DNA from: Acidobacteriota bacterium
Lineage (GTDB): Bacteria > Acidobacteriota > UBA6911 > RPQK01 > JAJDTT01
DNA: 64,000 nucleotides
NCBI GenBank assembly: GCA_965263035.1
Contig: OZ253580.1
Coordinates: 6,048,001 to 6,112,000 of the forward strand
Direction of reading: 5' to 3'
In this document: in pieces, positions 38,522 to 48,687 of the stretch
How positions within the stretch are numbered: position 1 is the stretch's first letter
Layout of the letters: each line of letters begins with the position of its first letter
The notes under the pieces: model-generated
Databases searched by the model: none
What the model saw: the letters and a program-made list of their open reading frames with translations, nothing else
What the model was told of the DNA's origin: nothing
Translations under genes and position numbers: made by a program

Positions 38522-41500
38522 ATGAAGAGTCTATCGGCAAGCTTGAGCGCCGGAACTGCACTATCGGTCTGCCTGACCGCTGCTCTGGCCTTGCCTACTG
38601 ATCCCGCCTCGCTCGAATTCTTCGAAAAAGAGATCCGTCCCCTGCTGGCCAACCACTGCTACGAATGCCACAGCGCCCAGACGGCGACGCCCTTCGCCGG
38701 ACTGCGCCTGGACCGGCGTGAAGACCTGATCAAGGGAGGCGTATCGGGCCCGACCGTCGTTCCCGGCAAGCCGGACGAGAGCCCCTTGATCCATCGCGTC
38801 CAGGGACGGCCGGCACTGATGCCGCCCGCCGGAGCGCTTTCGGACGCGCAGATCCAGTCCCTCATCGAATGGGTGAAGATGGGAGCCCCTTGGACCGATC
38901 CCGCGGCGACCTCGGCGGATTCGAGCGAGGCATTCCATCTGGAAGCCCGAAAGCGCAGCCACTGGGCCTGGCAACCGGTCCGATCCGTCCCGCCGCCGGC
39001 GGTGACCGACACCAGTTGGCCGTACCAGCCCCTGGACCGGTTCATCCTGGCCCGATTGGAGCAGGAAGGGTTGCAACCGGCGCCGGCGGCGGACCGGCAC
39101 ACACTGATCCGGCGCCTTTCCTACGACCTGAGAGGACTCCCACCCCTCCCCGGAGAGGTCCAGGCCTTCGTCGGCGACTCCTCTCCACGGGCCTACGAAA
39201 ACCTGGTGGACGAATTCCTGGACTCGCCCCAATTTGGCGAGCACTGGGCTCGCCACTGGATGGACCTGGTCCGCTACAGCGAGTCCCACGGGAGCGAAGG
39301 CGATCCCGACACTCCATCCGCGTGGCGTTACCGCGACTACCTGATCCGGGCCCTGAACGCCGACGTCCCTTACGACCAGCTCATCCGGGAACATATGGCG
39401 GGCGACCTGATTCCCTACCCCAGGATGAACTCGTCTCTTGGAATCAACGAATCCCTCGTGGGCACCGCCCACTTCCGCATGGTGGAGCACGGGTACCAGC
39501 CGGTGGACCCGTTGGAAGACCGGATCAAGTGGACCGACAACCAGGTCGACGTCGTCTCCAAGGCGTTTCAAGGACTCACCATCTCCTGTGCCCGCTGCCA
39601 CGACCACAAGTTCGACGCCATCAGCCAGGAGGACTACTACGCCCTCTACGGAGTGCTCTACGGCGCCCGGCCCACCCAGAGGGCCATCGACGACCCGGAG
39701 CGCCTCGATTACGGCCGGCTCGAACTCGTGGACCTCAAGGAGGAGGTCCGCTGGGAACTGGCCAAGAGCTGGATCCGGGAGGCGTCCGCCTTCGGTTCGC
39801 GGTTGGCGGAGACACCGTACGAAGACTTCGCCGACCCGCCGGACACCCCGTGTGAGTCGGAAGAGTCTCGGGCCAAGGCCGGTGAACCGGCTGCTGCTGA
39901 CGCCACGGGAGCCCCTGCCGAAACCGCTGAGCCTAAAGCCGCCAACACAACGGCGTCAGCCGCCGAGCAGGCGCTGGCAGGTGCGCTGCAGGAGGCGCGA
40001 TGCAATCCCGCCAGTCCCCTGGCGGCCTGGGTTCGCCTGGCGGGCCGGCCGGGTGACGAGTTTCTCCCGGAATGGACCGCCTTGAATCAGGAATGGGATA
40101 CCAGGACCCGCAACGACAAATCTTTCAACCGGGACCACTTCCAGGTCCGCTGGGATCTGGCCGGGCCCGACTACCTGGAGTGGATCGGTCACGGCGCGGG
40201 TCTTCCCCCGGAACCGTCCCCTCCCGGCGATTTCGCCGTGAACGCCGACGGGAAACGGATTCTCAACGGCATCTATCCCGGAGGGGTCTACACCCACCTC
40301 CTGTCCAACAAGCACAACGGCGTGGTCCAGTCGCCCCGATTCACCATCGACAGCAATTTCATCAGTCTGCGCGTGCTGGGCTCCGACTTCGGTTTCGCCC
40401 AACTGATCGTGGAGAACTACGCCGTTCCCCGGGGTGGCATCTATCACATGCAGCACATCCCCGAATCGGACCGGATGGAGTGGGTTCAGTGGGACGTCGA
40501 ATACTGGAAGGGTTTTTCCGCCTATATCGAGCTGGCCACTCGGGACGACGCCGCGAGGGTCGAGACCCAGCCGGAGCAGCGCACGGATGGACGTTCCGCC
40601 ATCGGCGCCAGCCGGATCCTGTTTCACGAAACGAAGGAAACCCCCAGAGAGAGCCGCGCCCCGATTCTTTATCTGCTGCGGGGAAATGCGCCGCGGTCGG
40701 CCGACGATCTGGCGCGTCGAACGGTCCGCCGCTTGGTGGAGGCCATCGAAGCGTGGCGAAACGGCAGCGCGTCCGAGCTCCAAGCCGCGTATCTGGACGC
40801 GTTCGTCCGGTCCGACCTGCTGCCCCGTTCCCTGGATCGGCTCCCCTCCCTAAACCCGCTCCTGACTCAATACCGGGAAGTGGAGGCCCAAGTGCCGGTT
40901 CCGCGGCGGGCTCCTTCCGTCCTGGACGAAGCGGCTCCGGATCATCCATTTCTGGTGCGCGGCGACCAGGATGCCCGCGGGGAACCGGTGCCCAGACGCT
41001 ATCTCGCTGCCCTGGGCAGCGCTCCCTACTCCGATCCCGGACGGGTTCGGCTGGGGCTCGCCCACGACCTCGCCTCACCCGACAATCCCCTTACCGCCCG
41101 GGTGATGGTCAACCGCATCTGGCGGTACCTGTTCGGATACGGCATCGTCCGCACCACCGACAACTTCGGCAAGCTGGGCGACGCGCCGACGCACCCGAAG
41201 CTGCTGGATCATCTGGCCGCCCGCTTCATTGAGGAGGGCTACTCCATCAAGAGCATGGTGCGCCGGCTGGCCACGTCCCAGACTTACCGCATGAGCAGCC
41301 GGGCCTCCGCCGAGGCGTTCCGGGTGGACCCCGCCAACCGTCTCCTCCAGCATGCCAACCTGAGACGGCTCGAAGCCGAAGAGATCCGCGACGCCATGTT
41401 GCGCGTCTCCGGCAGCCTGGACCCGACCCTCTACGGCCGCTCCATCCCCGTCTATCACCAAATCAGAAAAGGCAAGAGCAAAGGGATCACCCCGCCCGGC

Positions 41501-41926
41501 CCCCTGGACGGAGCCGGGAGGCGCAGCGTCTACCAGGAGATTCGGCGAAATCCCTACAACCCTTTTTTGGAGGCCTTCGGTCTGCCCAAGCCCGCCAGCA
41601 CCCGGGGACAACGAGACCTGACCAACGTCCCGGCCCAATCCCTGACCCTGCTCAACAGCCCCTTCGTCTGGCATCAGGCCGAAGCGTGGGGCAAGCATCT
41701 GGCGGCCGGGGAGGGCAACACCGTCTCCTCCCGTATCCGGCACATGTTCCTCAAGGCTCTGGGCCGGGAGCCCTCCGCCCACGAAGCGTCCCGCGCCGAG
41801 GCGTTCCTCGCCACCGTCATACGCCAGCGGAAGACTCGGGAGCATCTGGTCCTCACCGACCACCGGGTCTGGACCGACCTCGCCCACGCCCTCTTCAATC
41901 TGAAGAGCTTCATCTACCTGCAATAG
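38522..41926 (+). CDS. Planctomycete cytochrome c plus DUF1549/DUF1553 (PSD1) domain protein (copy 1)
   Basis: FFEKEIRPLL..CYECH, HWAWQP, RRLSYDL.GLPP, CARCHDHKFD, NPLTARVMVNRIW, RRLEAEEIRD. Confidence 0.9.
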   Translation: MKSLSASLSAGTALSVCLTAALALPTDPASLEFFEKEIRPLLANHCYECHSAQTATPFAGLRLDRREDLIKGGVSGPTVVPGKPDESPLIHRVQGRPALMPPAGALSDAQIQSLIEWVKMGAPWTDPAATSADSSEAFHLEARKRSHWAWQPVRSVPPPAVTDTSWPYQPLDRFILARLEQEGLQPAPAADRHTLIRRLSYDLRGLPPLPGEVQAFVGDSSPRAYENLVDEFLDSPQFGEHWARHWMDLVRYSESHGSEGDPDTPSAWRYRDYLIRALNADVPYDQLIREHMAGDLIPYPRMNSSLGINESLVGTAHFRMVEHGYQPVDPLEDRIKWTDNQVDVVSKAFQGLTISCARCHDHKFDAISQEDYYALYGVLYGARPTQRAIDDPERLDYGRLELVDLKEEVRWELAKSWIREASAFGSRLAETPYEDFADPPDTPCESEESRAKAGEPAAADATGAPAETAEPKAANTTASAAEQALAGALQEARCNPASPLAAWVRLAGRPGDEFLPEWTALNQEWDTRTRNDKSFNRDHFQVRWDLAGPDYLEWIGHGAGLPPEPSPPGDFAVNADGKRILNGIYPGGVYTHLLSNKHNGVVQSPRFTIDSNFISLRVLGSDFGFAQLIVENYAVPRGGIYHMQHIPESDRMEWVQWDVEYWKGFSAYIELATRDDAARVETQPEQRTDGRSAIGASRILFHETKETPRESRAPILYLLRGNAPRSADDLARRTVRRLVEAIEAWRNGSASELQAAYLDAFVRSDLLPRSLDRLPSLNPLLTQYREVEAQVPVPRRAPSVLDEAAPDHPFLVRGDQDARGEPVPRRYLAALGSAPYSDPGRVRLGLAHDLASPDNPLTARVMVNRIWRYLFGYGIVRTTDNFGKLGDAPTHPKLLDHLAARFIEEGYSIKSMVRRLATSQTYRMSSRASAEAFRVDPANRLLQHANLRRLEAEEIRDAMLRVSGSLDPTLYGRSIPVYHQIRKGKSKGITPPGPLDGAGRRSVYQEIRRNPYNPFLEAFGLPKPASTRGQRDLTNVPAQSLTLLNSPFVWHQAEAWGKHLAAGEGNTVSSRIRHMFLKALGREPSAHEASRAEAFLATVIRQRKTREHLVLTDHRVWTDLAHALFNLKSFIYLQ

Positions 41927-42163
41927 CCGGCGTACGACCGGCGTCATCCGCGGGAGAGGACCGCAGCGTTCCGCACGAGCCGCGTCCGGACATGCGTGGG
42001 ACAGGAGTATGCCCAAGAATCGGGGAGCAATCTACGAAAGCGATTGATAACAGGAGAGTAAAACGATCTGACAAATAGACTGTCGTTTCTTATTCCAGAT
42101 CCTGCCGAAATACACCGACAAGGGGCTTCTAATTGCAGTTTGAGAAGAAGAATCCGCTACGTT

Positions 42164-42238
42164 CTATAGGCCTAGCCATCGACGCTTTCGAGCAATAGCA
42201 TGTGCCTTGTATGATCGTATAAAGTTAACAACGTCGAG
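42164..42238 (-). pseudogene. C-terminal part of the DUF2087-like gene split by the IS1380 array
   Basis: Joining at the TCGAG duplication gives in-frame ..IEALD-VVNFIRSYKAHAIARKRRWLGL-stop. Confidence 0.8.
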
Positions 42239-42521
42239 CCCAGATTATTCACCACGCAAACATAAAATGAGCAAGCGTGCCCGTCATGTCGAGTCGGATC
42301 AGAGGGTTACCGGATACCCACAGAAAACGGCTGAGACCCGACCTGGGTGAAACGCTATCTTTGTTTTCAACGTCGGTTTAAACTCAGGATTCAAGGGGGG
42401 CCGAAAGCCAAGAAATTCCACGGTTTTCGTCCCCTCCAAGGGCGGCATAAAGAGGCGGCGTGCCCGTCATTTGTGGTATGATTATAGTGCTAAGAAACAA
42501 CCACAATAAACGGAGCACGCC

Positions 42522-43994
42522 ATGCCTGAGACGATACCGCAGATCCGGCCCTCATTCAACCGATCCCTCCGCCTCGAGACCCGCCCCGAGTTGCTCAGTG
42601 CGGACACGGGAGCCCTGGTGCAACGGGAGATGATGGATCGTAGCGGCCTCATCGACTGGTTGACCGGGCGGTTGCACGATCCGCGACACCCGAGTTCGAT
42701 CCGCTATCCGCTGTCGGATCTGCTGCGGACTCGACTCCTGCTGCTGGGTCAGGGCTGGCGCGACCAGTCCGACGCCGACCGCCTGCGTCAGGATCCGAGC
42801 TTGCGGGTGGCGAGCCGGACCCGTCGGGGCACGGCGGCCTTGGAGGAGGGCCAGGGGCTGGCGTCGCAGCCGACCTTGTCCCGACTGCTGGACACGCTCA
42901 GCCGGGAGGAGAACCTTCCGGTCCTGCACCAGGCGGTGACGGAGCTGGCGTGCCGTCGGATCGAGATGATCGAAGGCCGGCGGCGAAAACGGAGGGAAAA
43001 GACCCCACGGAAGAAGAGACGGAAAAAGACGATGGTCCTGGACGTGGACGGTCTCCCGGTCGAGGTCCATGGGCATCCCCCGGGAAGCGAATGGAACGGA
43101 TACTATCGCCAGCGGATGTACCACGGGTTGGTGGCGAGTTGTGCCGAGACGGGGGACCTGATCGACGGGGAGATTTTTCCGGGAGCCAGCTACCTGGGGA
43201 AAAAGGCGCTGAAGTTGACGCTCCGGGTGGTGGACCACTGTCGCGGGCGTCTGTGCGGCTCGATGATCGTGCGGATGGATGCGGGGTTCCCGGAGCCGGG
43301 GCTGCTGAAGGGGCTGGAGTCGAGAAGCGTGCCCTATATCGCTCGAATCCGCAAGAATGAGGTCCTGAACCGGATGGCGAAGCCCTACTTGACCCAACCG
43401 GCGGGGCGATCCCCGGATGCACCACCGAGGCTCTGGTTCCATGAGCTGACCTATCAGGCGGAGAGTTGGGATCGGGCGCGCCGGGTGGTGCTGGTGGTGC
43501 GGGAGCGACCGGAGGAGTTGTATCCGGATCATTTCTGGTTGCTGACGAGCCTGAGCCGGAAACGATACCAGGCTCAGGAGTTGCTGGCACAGTATCGAAA
43601 GCGGGGGAAGGCGGAAGGGCACATGGGGGAGTTGATGGACGTGCTCGATCCGGCCTTGTCCTCCGCGAGCCGGCCCAAGACGCACTATCGGGGCCAACCG
43701 CTGAAGTCGGAAGCCAAGCCGGAAGCGAGGACGGAGGCCGGGGTTCGACCCCACAACGAAGTCTTGTTCCTGCTGAATCTTCTGGGGTACGAGATCCTGC
43801 ACCTGGGTCGGGTGCTGATGGAGCAGGCGACGCGTCGGGGCTGGAGTCTGCGTCGTTTTCGCGAGCGGGTGTTGCGAGTGGCGAGTCGGGCGCTACGTCA
43901 GGGGAGGCGATTGATTTTCGTCATCAGTCAAGGGGCGACGGACTGGAAGGAGTTGTGGCAGAGACTGGCGCGGGTGTCCTGGGCGCCGGGATAG
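42522..43994 (+). CDS. IS1380 family transposase (copy 1)
   Basis: LASQPTLSRL, LDVD, HG..EWNGYY, VRMDAGF, YRKRGKAE. Confidence 0.9.
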   Translation: MPETIPQIRPSFNRSLRLETRPELLSADTGALVQREMMDRSGLIDWLTGRLHDPRHPSSIRYPLSDLLRTRLLLLGQGWRDQSDADRLRQDPSLRVASRTRRGTAALEEGQGLASQPTLSRLLDTLSREENLPVLHQAVTELACRRIEMIEGRRRKRREKTPRKKRRKKTMVLDVDGLPVEVHGHPPGSEWNGYYRQRMYHGLVASCAETGDLIDGEIFPGASYLGKKALKLTLRVVDHCRGRLCGSMIVRMDAGFPEPGLLKGLESRSVPYIARIRKNEVLNRMAKPYLTQPAGRSPDAPPRLWFHELTYQAESWDRARRVVLVVRERPEELYPDHFWLLTSLSRKRYQAQELLAQYRKRGKAEGHMGELMDVLDPALSSASRPKTHYRGQPLKSEAKPEARTEAGVRPHNEVLFLLNLLGYEILHLGRVLMEQATRRGWSLRRFRERVLRVASRALRQGRRLIFVISQGATDWKELWQRLARVSWAPG

Positions 43995-44445
43995 TGGACG
44001 GAGGAGGCATCGGGCCCGTGGAAGGGACCGAAACGGTGGGGATTTCTCACCGGAAAGTCAACCTGTTGGCGGGTGACGGTCCCCCTGGCCGGAAAACGGT
44101 TAATGACTGGTTCAATCGTCCTGTTTTCGAGCCGATTCAGTCGAATCGACAGAGGTTCAAGCCCAGATTATTCACCACGCAAACATAAAATGAGCAAGCG
44201 TGCCCGTCATGTCGAGTCGGATCAGAGGGTTACCGGATACCCACAGAAAACGGCTGAGACCCGACCTGGGTGAAACGCTATCTTTGTTTTCAACGTCGGT
44301 TTAAACTCAGGATTCAAGGGGGGCCGAAAGCCAAGAAATTCCACGGTTTTCGTCCCCTCCAAGGGCGGCATAAAGAGGCGGCGTGCCCGTCATTTGTGGT
44401 ATAGTTATGGTGTTACAAAAACAACCACAATAAACGGAGCACGCC

Positions 44446-45918
44446 ATGCCTGAGACGATACCGCAGATCCGGCCCTCATTCAACCGATCCCTCCGCCTCG
44501 AGACCCGCCCCGAGTTGCTCAGTGCGGACACGGGAGCCCTGGTGCAACGGGAGATGATGGATCGTAGCGGCCTCATCGACTGGTTGACCGGGCGGTTGCA
44601 CGATCCGCGACACCCGAGTTCGATCCGCTATCCGCTGTCGGATCTGCTGCGGACTCGACTCCTGCTGCTGGGTCAGGGCTGGCGCGACCAGTCCGACGCC
44701 GACCGCCTGCGTCAGGATCCGAGCTTGCGGGTGGCGAGCCGGACCCGTCGGGGCACGGCGGCCTTGGAGGAGGGCCAGGGGCTGGCGTCGCAGCCGACCT
44801 TGTCCCGACTGCTGGACACGCTCAGCCGGGAGGAGAACCTTCCGGTCCTGCACCAGGCGGTGACGGAGCTGGCGTGCCGTCGGATCGAGATGATCGAAGG
44901 CCGGCGGCGAAAACGGAGGGAAAAGACCCCACGGAAGAAGAGACGGAAAAAGACGATGGTCCTGGACGTGGACGGTCTCCCGGTCGAGGTCCATGGGCAT
45001 CCCCCGGGAAGCGAATGGAACGGATACTATCGCCAGCGGATGTACCACGGGTTGGTGGCGAGTTGTGCCGAGACGGGGGACCTGATCGACGGGGAGATTT
45101 TTCCGGGAGCCAGCTACCTGGGGAAAAAGGCGCTGAAGTTGACGCTCCGGGTGGTGGACCACTGTCGCGGGCGTCTGTGCGGCTCGATGATCGTGCGGAT
45201 GGATGCGGGGTTCCCGGAGCCGGGGCTGCTGAAGGGGCTGGAGTCGAGAAGCGTGCCCTATATCGCTCGAATCCGCAAGAATGAGGTCCTGAACCGGATG
45301 GCGAAGCCCTACTTGACCCAACCGGCGGGGCGATCCCCGGATGCACCACCGAGGCTCTGGTTCCATGAGCTGACCTATCAGGCGGAGAGTTGGGATCGGG
45401 CGCGCCGGGTGGTGCTGGTGGTGCGGGAGCGACCGGAGGAGTTGTATCCGGATCATTTCTGGTTGCTGACGAGCCTGAGCCGGAAACGATACCAGGCTCA
45501 GGAGTTGCTGGCACAGTATCGAAAGCGGGGGAAGGCGGAAGGGCACATGGGGGAGTTGATGGACGTGCTCGATCCGGCCTTGTCCTCCGCGAGCCGGCCC
45601 AAGACGCACTATCGGGGCCAACCGCTGAAGTCGGAAGCCAAGCCGGAAGCGAGGACGGAGGCCGGGGTTCGACCCCACAACGAAGTCTTGTTCCTGCTGA
45701 ATCTTCTGGGGTACGAGATCCTGCACCTGGGTCGGGTGCTGATGGAGCAGGCGACGCGTCGGGGCTGGAGTCTGCGTCGTTTTCGCGAGCGGGTGTTGCG
45801 AGTGGCGAGTCGGGCGCTACGTCAGGGGAGGCGATTGATTTTCGTCATCAGTCAAGGGGCGACGGACTGGAAGGAGTTGTGGCAGAGACTGGCGCGGGTG
45901 TCCTGGGCGCCGGGATAG
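44446..45918 (+). CDS. IS1380 family transposase (copy 2)
   Basis: Protein identical to copy 1 in the ORF track. Confidence 0.9.
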   Translation: MPETIPQIRPSFNRSLRLETRPELLSADTGALVQREMMDRSGLIDWLTGRLHDPRHPSSIRYPLSDLLRTRLLLLGQGWRDQSDADRLRQDPSLRVASRTRRGTAALEEGQGLASQPTLSRLLDTLSREENLPVLHQAVTELACRRIEMIEGRRRKRREKTPRKKRRKKTMVLDVDGLPVEVHGHPPGSEWNGYYRQRMYHGLVASCAETGDLIDGEIFPGASYLGKKALKLTLRVVDHCRGRLCGSMIVRMDAGFPEPGLLKGLESRSVPYIARIRKNEVLNRMAKPYLTQPAGRSPDAPPRLWFHELTYQAESWDRARRVVLVVRERPEELYPDHFWLLTSLSRKRYQAQELLAQYRKRGKAEGHMGELMDVLDPALSSASRPKTHYRGQPLKSEAKPEARTEAGVRPHNEVLFLLNLLGYEILHLGRVLMEQATRRGWSLRRFRERVLRVASRALRQGRRLIFVISQGATDWKELWQRLARVSWAPG

Positions 45919-46369
45919 TGGACGGAGGAGGCATCGGGCCCGTGGAAGGGACCGAAACGGTGGGGATTTCTCACCGGAAAGTCAACCTGTTGGCGGGTGA
46001 CGGTCCCCCTGGCCGGAAAACGGTTAATGACTGGTTCAATCGTCCTGTTTTCGAGCCGATTCAGTCGAATCGACAGAGGTTCAAGCCCAGATTATTCACC
46101 ACGCAAACATAAAATGAGCAAGCGTGCCCGTCATGTCGAGTCGGATCAGAGGGTTACCGGATACCCACAGAAAACGGCTGAGACCCGACCTGGGTGAAAC
46201 GCTATCTTTGTTTTCAACGTCGGTTTAAACTCAGGATTCAAGGGGGGCCGAAAGCCAAGAAATTCCACGGTTTTCGTCCCCTCCAAGGGCGGCATAAAGA
46301 GGCGGCGTGCCCGTCATTTGTGGTATAGTTATGGTGTTACAAAAACAACCACAATAAACGGAGCACGCC

Positions 46370-47842
46370 ATGCCTGAGACGATACCGCAGATCCGGCCCT
46401 CATTCAACCGATCCCTCCGCCTCGAGACCCGCCCCGAGTTGCTCAGTGCGGACACGGGAGCCCTGGTGCAACGGGAGATGATGGATCGTAGCGGCCTCAT
46501 CGACTGGTTGACCGGGCGGTTGCACGATCCGCGACACCCGAGTTCGATCCGCTATCCGCTGTCGGATCTGCTGCGGACTCGACTCCTGCTGCTGGGTCAG
46601 GGCTGGCGCGACCAGTCCGACGCCGACCGCCTGCGTCAGGATCCGAGCTTGCGGGTGGCGAGCCGGACCCGTCGGGGCACGGCGGCCTTGGAGGAGGGCC
46701 AGGGGCTGGCGTCGCAGCCGACCTTGTCCCGACTGCTGGACACGCTCAGCCGGGAGGAGAACCTTCCGGTCCTGCACCAGGCGGTGACGGAGCTGGCGTG
46801 CCGTCGGATCGAGATGATCGAAGGCCGGCGGCGAAAACGGAGGGAAAAGACCCCACGGAAGAAGAGACGGAAAAAGACGATGGTCCTGGACGTGGACGGT
46901 CTCCCGGTCGAGGTCCATGGGCATCCCCCGGGAAGCGAATGGAACGGATACTATCGCCAGCGGATGTACCACGGGTTGGTGGCGAGTTGTGCCGAGACGG
47001 GGGACCTGATCGACGGGGAGATTTTTCCGGGAGCCAGCTACCTGGGGAAAAAGGCGCTGAAGTTGACGCTCCGGGTGGTGGACCACTGTCGCGGGCGTCT
47101 GTGCGGCTCGATGATCGTGCGGATGGATGCGGGGTTCCCGGAGCCGGGGCTGCTGAAGGGGCTGGAGTCGAGAAGCGTGCCCTATATCGCTCGAATCCGC
47201 AAGAATGAGGTCCTGAACCGGATGGCGAAGCCCTACTTGACCCAACCGGCGGGGCGATCCCCGGATGCACCACCGAGGCTCTGGTTCCATGAGCTGACCT
47301 ATCAGGCGGAGAGTTGGGATCGGGCGCGCCGGGTGGTGCTGGTGGTGCGGGAGCGACCGGAGGAGTTGTATCCGGATCATTTCTGGTTGCTGACGAGCCT
47401 GAGCCGGAAACGATACCAGGCTCAGGAGTTGCTGGCACAGTATCGAAAGCGGGGGAAGGCGGAAGGGCACATGGGGGAGTTGATGGACGTGCTCGATCCG
47501 GCCTTGTCCTCCGCGAGCCGGCCCAAGACGCACTATCGGGGCCAACCGCTGAAGTCGGAAGCCAAGCCGGAAGCGAGGACGGAGGCCGGGGTTCGACCCC
47601 ACAACGAAGTCTTGTTCCTGCTGAATCTTCTGGGGTACGAGATCCTGCACCTGGGTCGGGTGCTGATGGAGCAGGCGACGCGTCGGGGCTGGAGTCTGCG
47701 TCGTTTTCGCGAGCGGGTGTTGCGAGTGGCGAGTCGGGCGCTACGTCAGGGGAGGCGATTGATTTTCGTCATCAGTCAAGGGGCGACGGACTGGAAGGAG
47801 TTGTGGCAGAGACTGGCGCGGGTGTCCTGGGCGCCGGGATAG
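46370..47842 (+). CDS. IS1380 family transposase (copy 3)
   Basis: Protein identical to copy 1 in the ORF track. Confidence 0.9.
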   Translation: MPETIPQIRPSFNRSLRLETRPELLSADTGALVQREMMDRSGLIDWLTGRLHDPRHPSSIRYPLSDLLRTRLLLLGQGWRDQSDADRLRQDPSLRVASRTRRGTAALEEGQGLASQPTLSRLLDTLSREENLPVLHQAVTELACRRIEMIEGRRRKRREKTPRKKRRKKTMVLDVDGLPVEVHGHPPGSEWNGYYRQRMYHGLVASCAETGDLIDGEIFPGASYLGKKALKLTLRVVDHCRGRLCGSMIVRMDAGFPEPGLLKGLESRSVPYIARIRKNEVLNRMAKPYLTQPAGRSPDAPPRLWFHELTYQAESWDRARRVVLVVRERPEELYPDHFWLLTSLSRKRYQAQELLAQYRKRGKAEGHMGELMDVLDPALSSASRPKTHYRGQPLKSEAKPEARTEAGVRPHNEVLFLLNLLGYEILHLGRVLMEQATRRGWSLRRFRERVLRVASRALRQGRRLIFVISQGATDWKELWQRLARVSWAPG

Positions 47843-48082
47843 TGGACGGAGGAGGCATCGGGCCCGTGGAAGGGACCGAAACGGTGGGGATTTCTCACCG
47901 GAAAGTCAACCTGTTGGCGGGTGACGGTCCCCCTGGCCGGAAAACGGTTAATGACTGGTTCAATCGTCCTGTTTTCGAGCCGATTCAGTCGAATCGACAG
48001 AGGTTCAAGAGAAACCGGGCTCCGACCGCACGAAAACGCCGGGTTGGAAGCCCTTATCAACATGTCCCATGAATAATCTGGG

Positions 48083-48450
48083 TCGAGAGCTTCTATGCCT
48101 GAATCAAACAATACACTTTCATTTCCATTGATGCGGACTGTATACAGTCTCCCTCCTTCATCACGGAGCAGATATCCGTTTTCGACAAGGTAGCGTCGTA
48201 ACGACACACAATCAAACGACACACAGTCTAAGGATGCATCCAGGCCGATTGAACCAATCCACTCTCTAAGCGAACTATTCAATTCTCGTTCCGAGTACGG
48301 ACTCTTGCTCTCAAGTGTTTGAGCAATTGCTCGAAACAATATGTGGCGATCACGCTGCTTCCGTGGCAGCACAATCACACCGCCGCCACACACAGCGGAT
48401 AGCCTCGCCTCAAACTCGCGCCGATCTACTGGGGGCTGTTTTCCATTCAT
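48083..48450 (-). pseudogene. N-terminal part of a DUF2087-like gene (IS-disrupted, low GC)
   Basis: LPRKQRDR..YSERELN..DCVSLRRYLVENGYLLRD..G..Y pattern. Confidence 0.75.
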
Positions 48451-48687
48451 CCTATCCCTTACTGTCTCTTACCGGCCGGCAAGTATAAACGAAAGTTCCG
48501 TTTCTACCTGATCGCAGATGGCATCAAGCAGCTCTTGTTCGGCCGTGCCGCCGGAATTTGGAAAACCTCGTCATGAACCCCGAGCGAACTTGCTTCCCCT
48601 GTTCTCCTAAACCTCCAGAAAGATGGGGAAAGTCCAGATGCGTGGGAAGCTCGACGGATGTGCGGTTGCCTTGTAAACTGGAGTTTC

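Larger units (their letters stand above)
42239..48082 (+). mobile_element. Tandem array of three IS1380-family elements with a 5-bp TSD (TCGAG)
   Basis: IRL CCCAGATTATTCA at 42239, 44162 and 46086; single IRR TGAATAATCTGGG at 48070-48082; TCGAG at 42234-38 and 48083-87. Confidence 0.9.

Noticed and set aside
42228-42375. 8-nt match (CAACGTCG) between the IS1380 left flank and the IS leader, suggesting RNA guiding
   Set aside because: Short enough to arise by chance in a ~280-nt leader, there is no convincing second guide, and RNA guiding is not known for DDE IS1380 elements.
42478-42499. Invertible promoter switch between TTGTGGT/ACCACAA inverted repeats
   Set aside because: The copy 2/3 loop is not the reverse complement of the copy 1 loop; they differ by point changes in the same orientation.
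47776-48450. 224-aa ORF as an intact gene
   Set aside because: Its C-terminal half is read-through into the IS right end; the native C-terminus is at 42164-42238.
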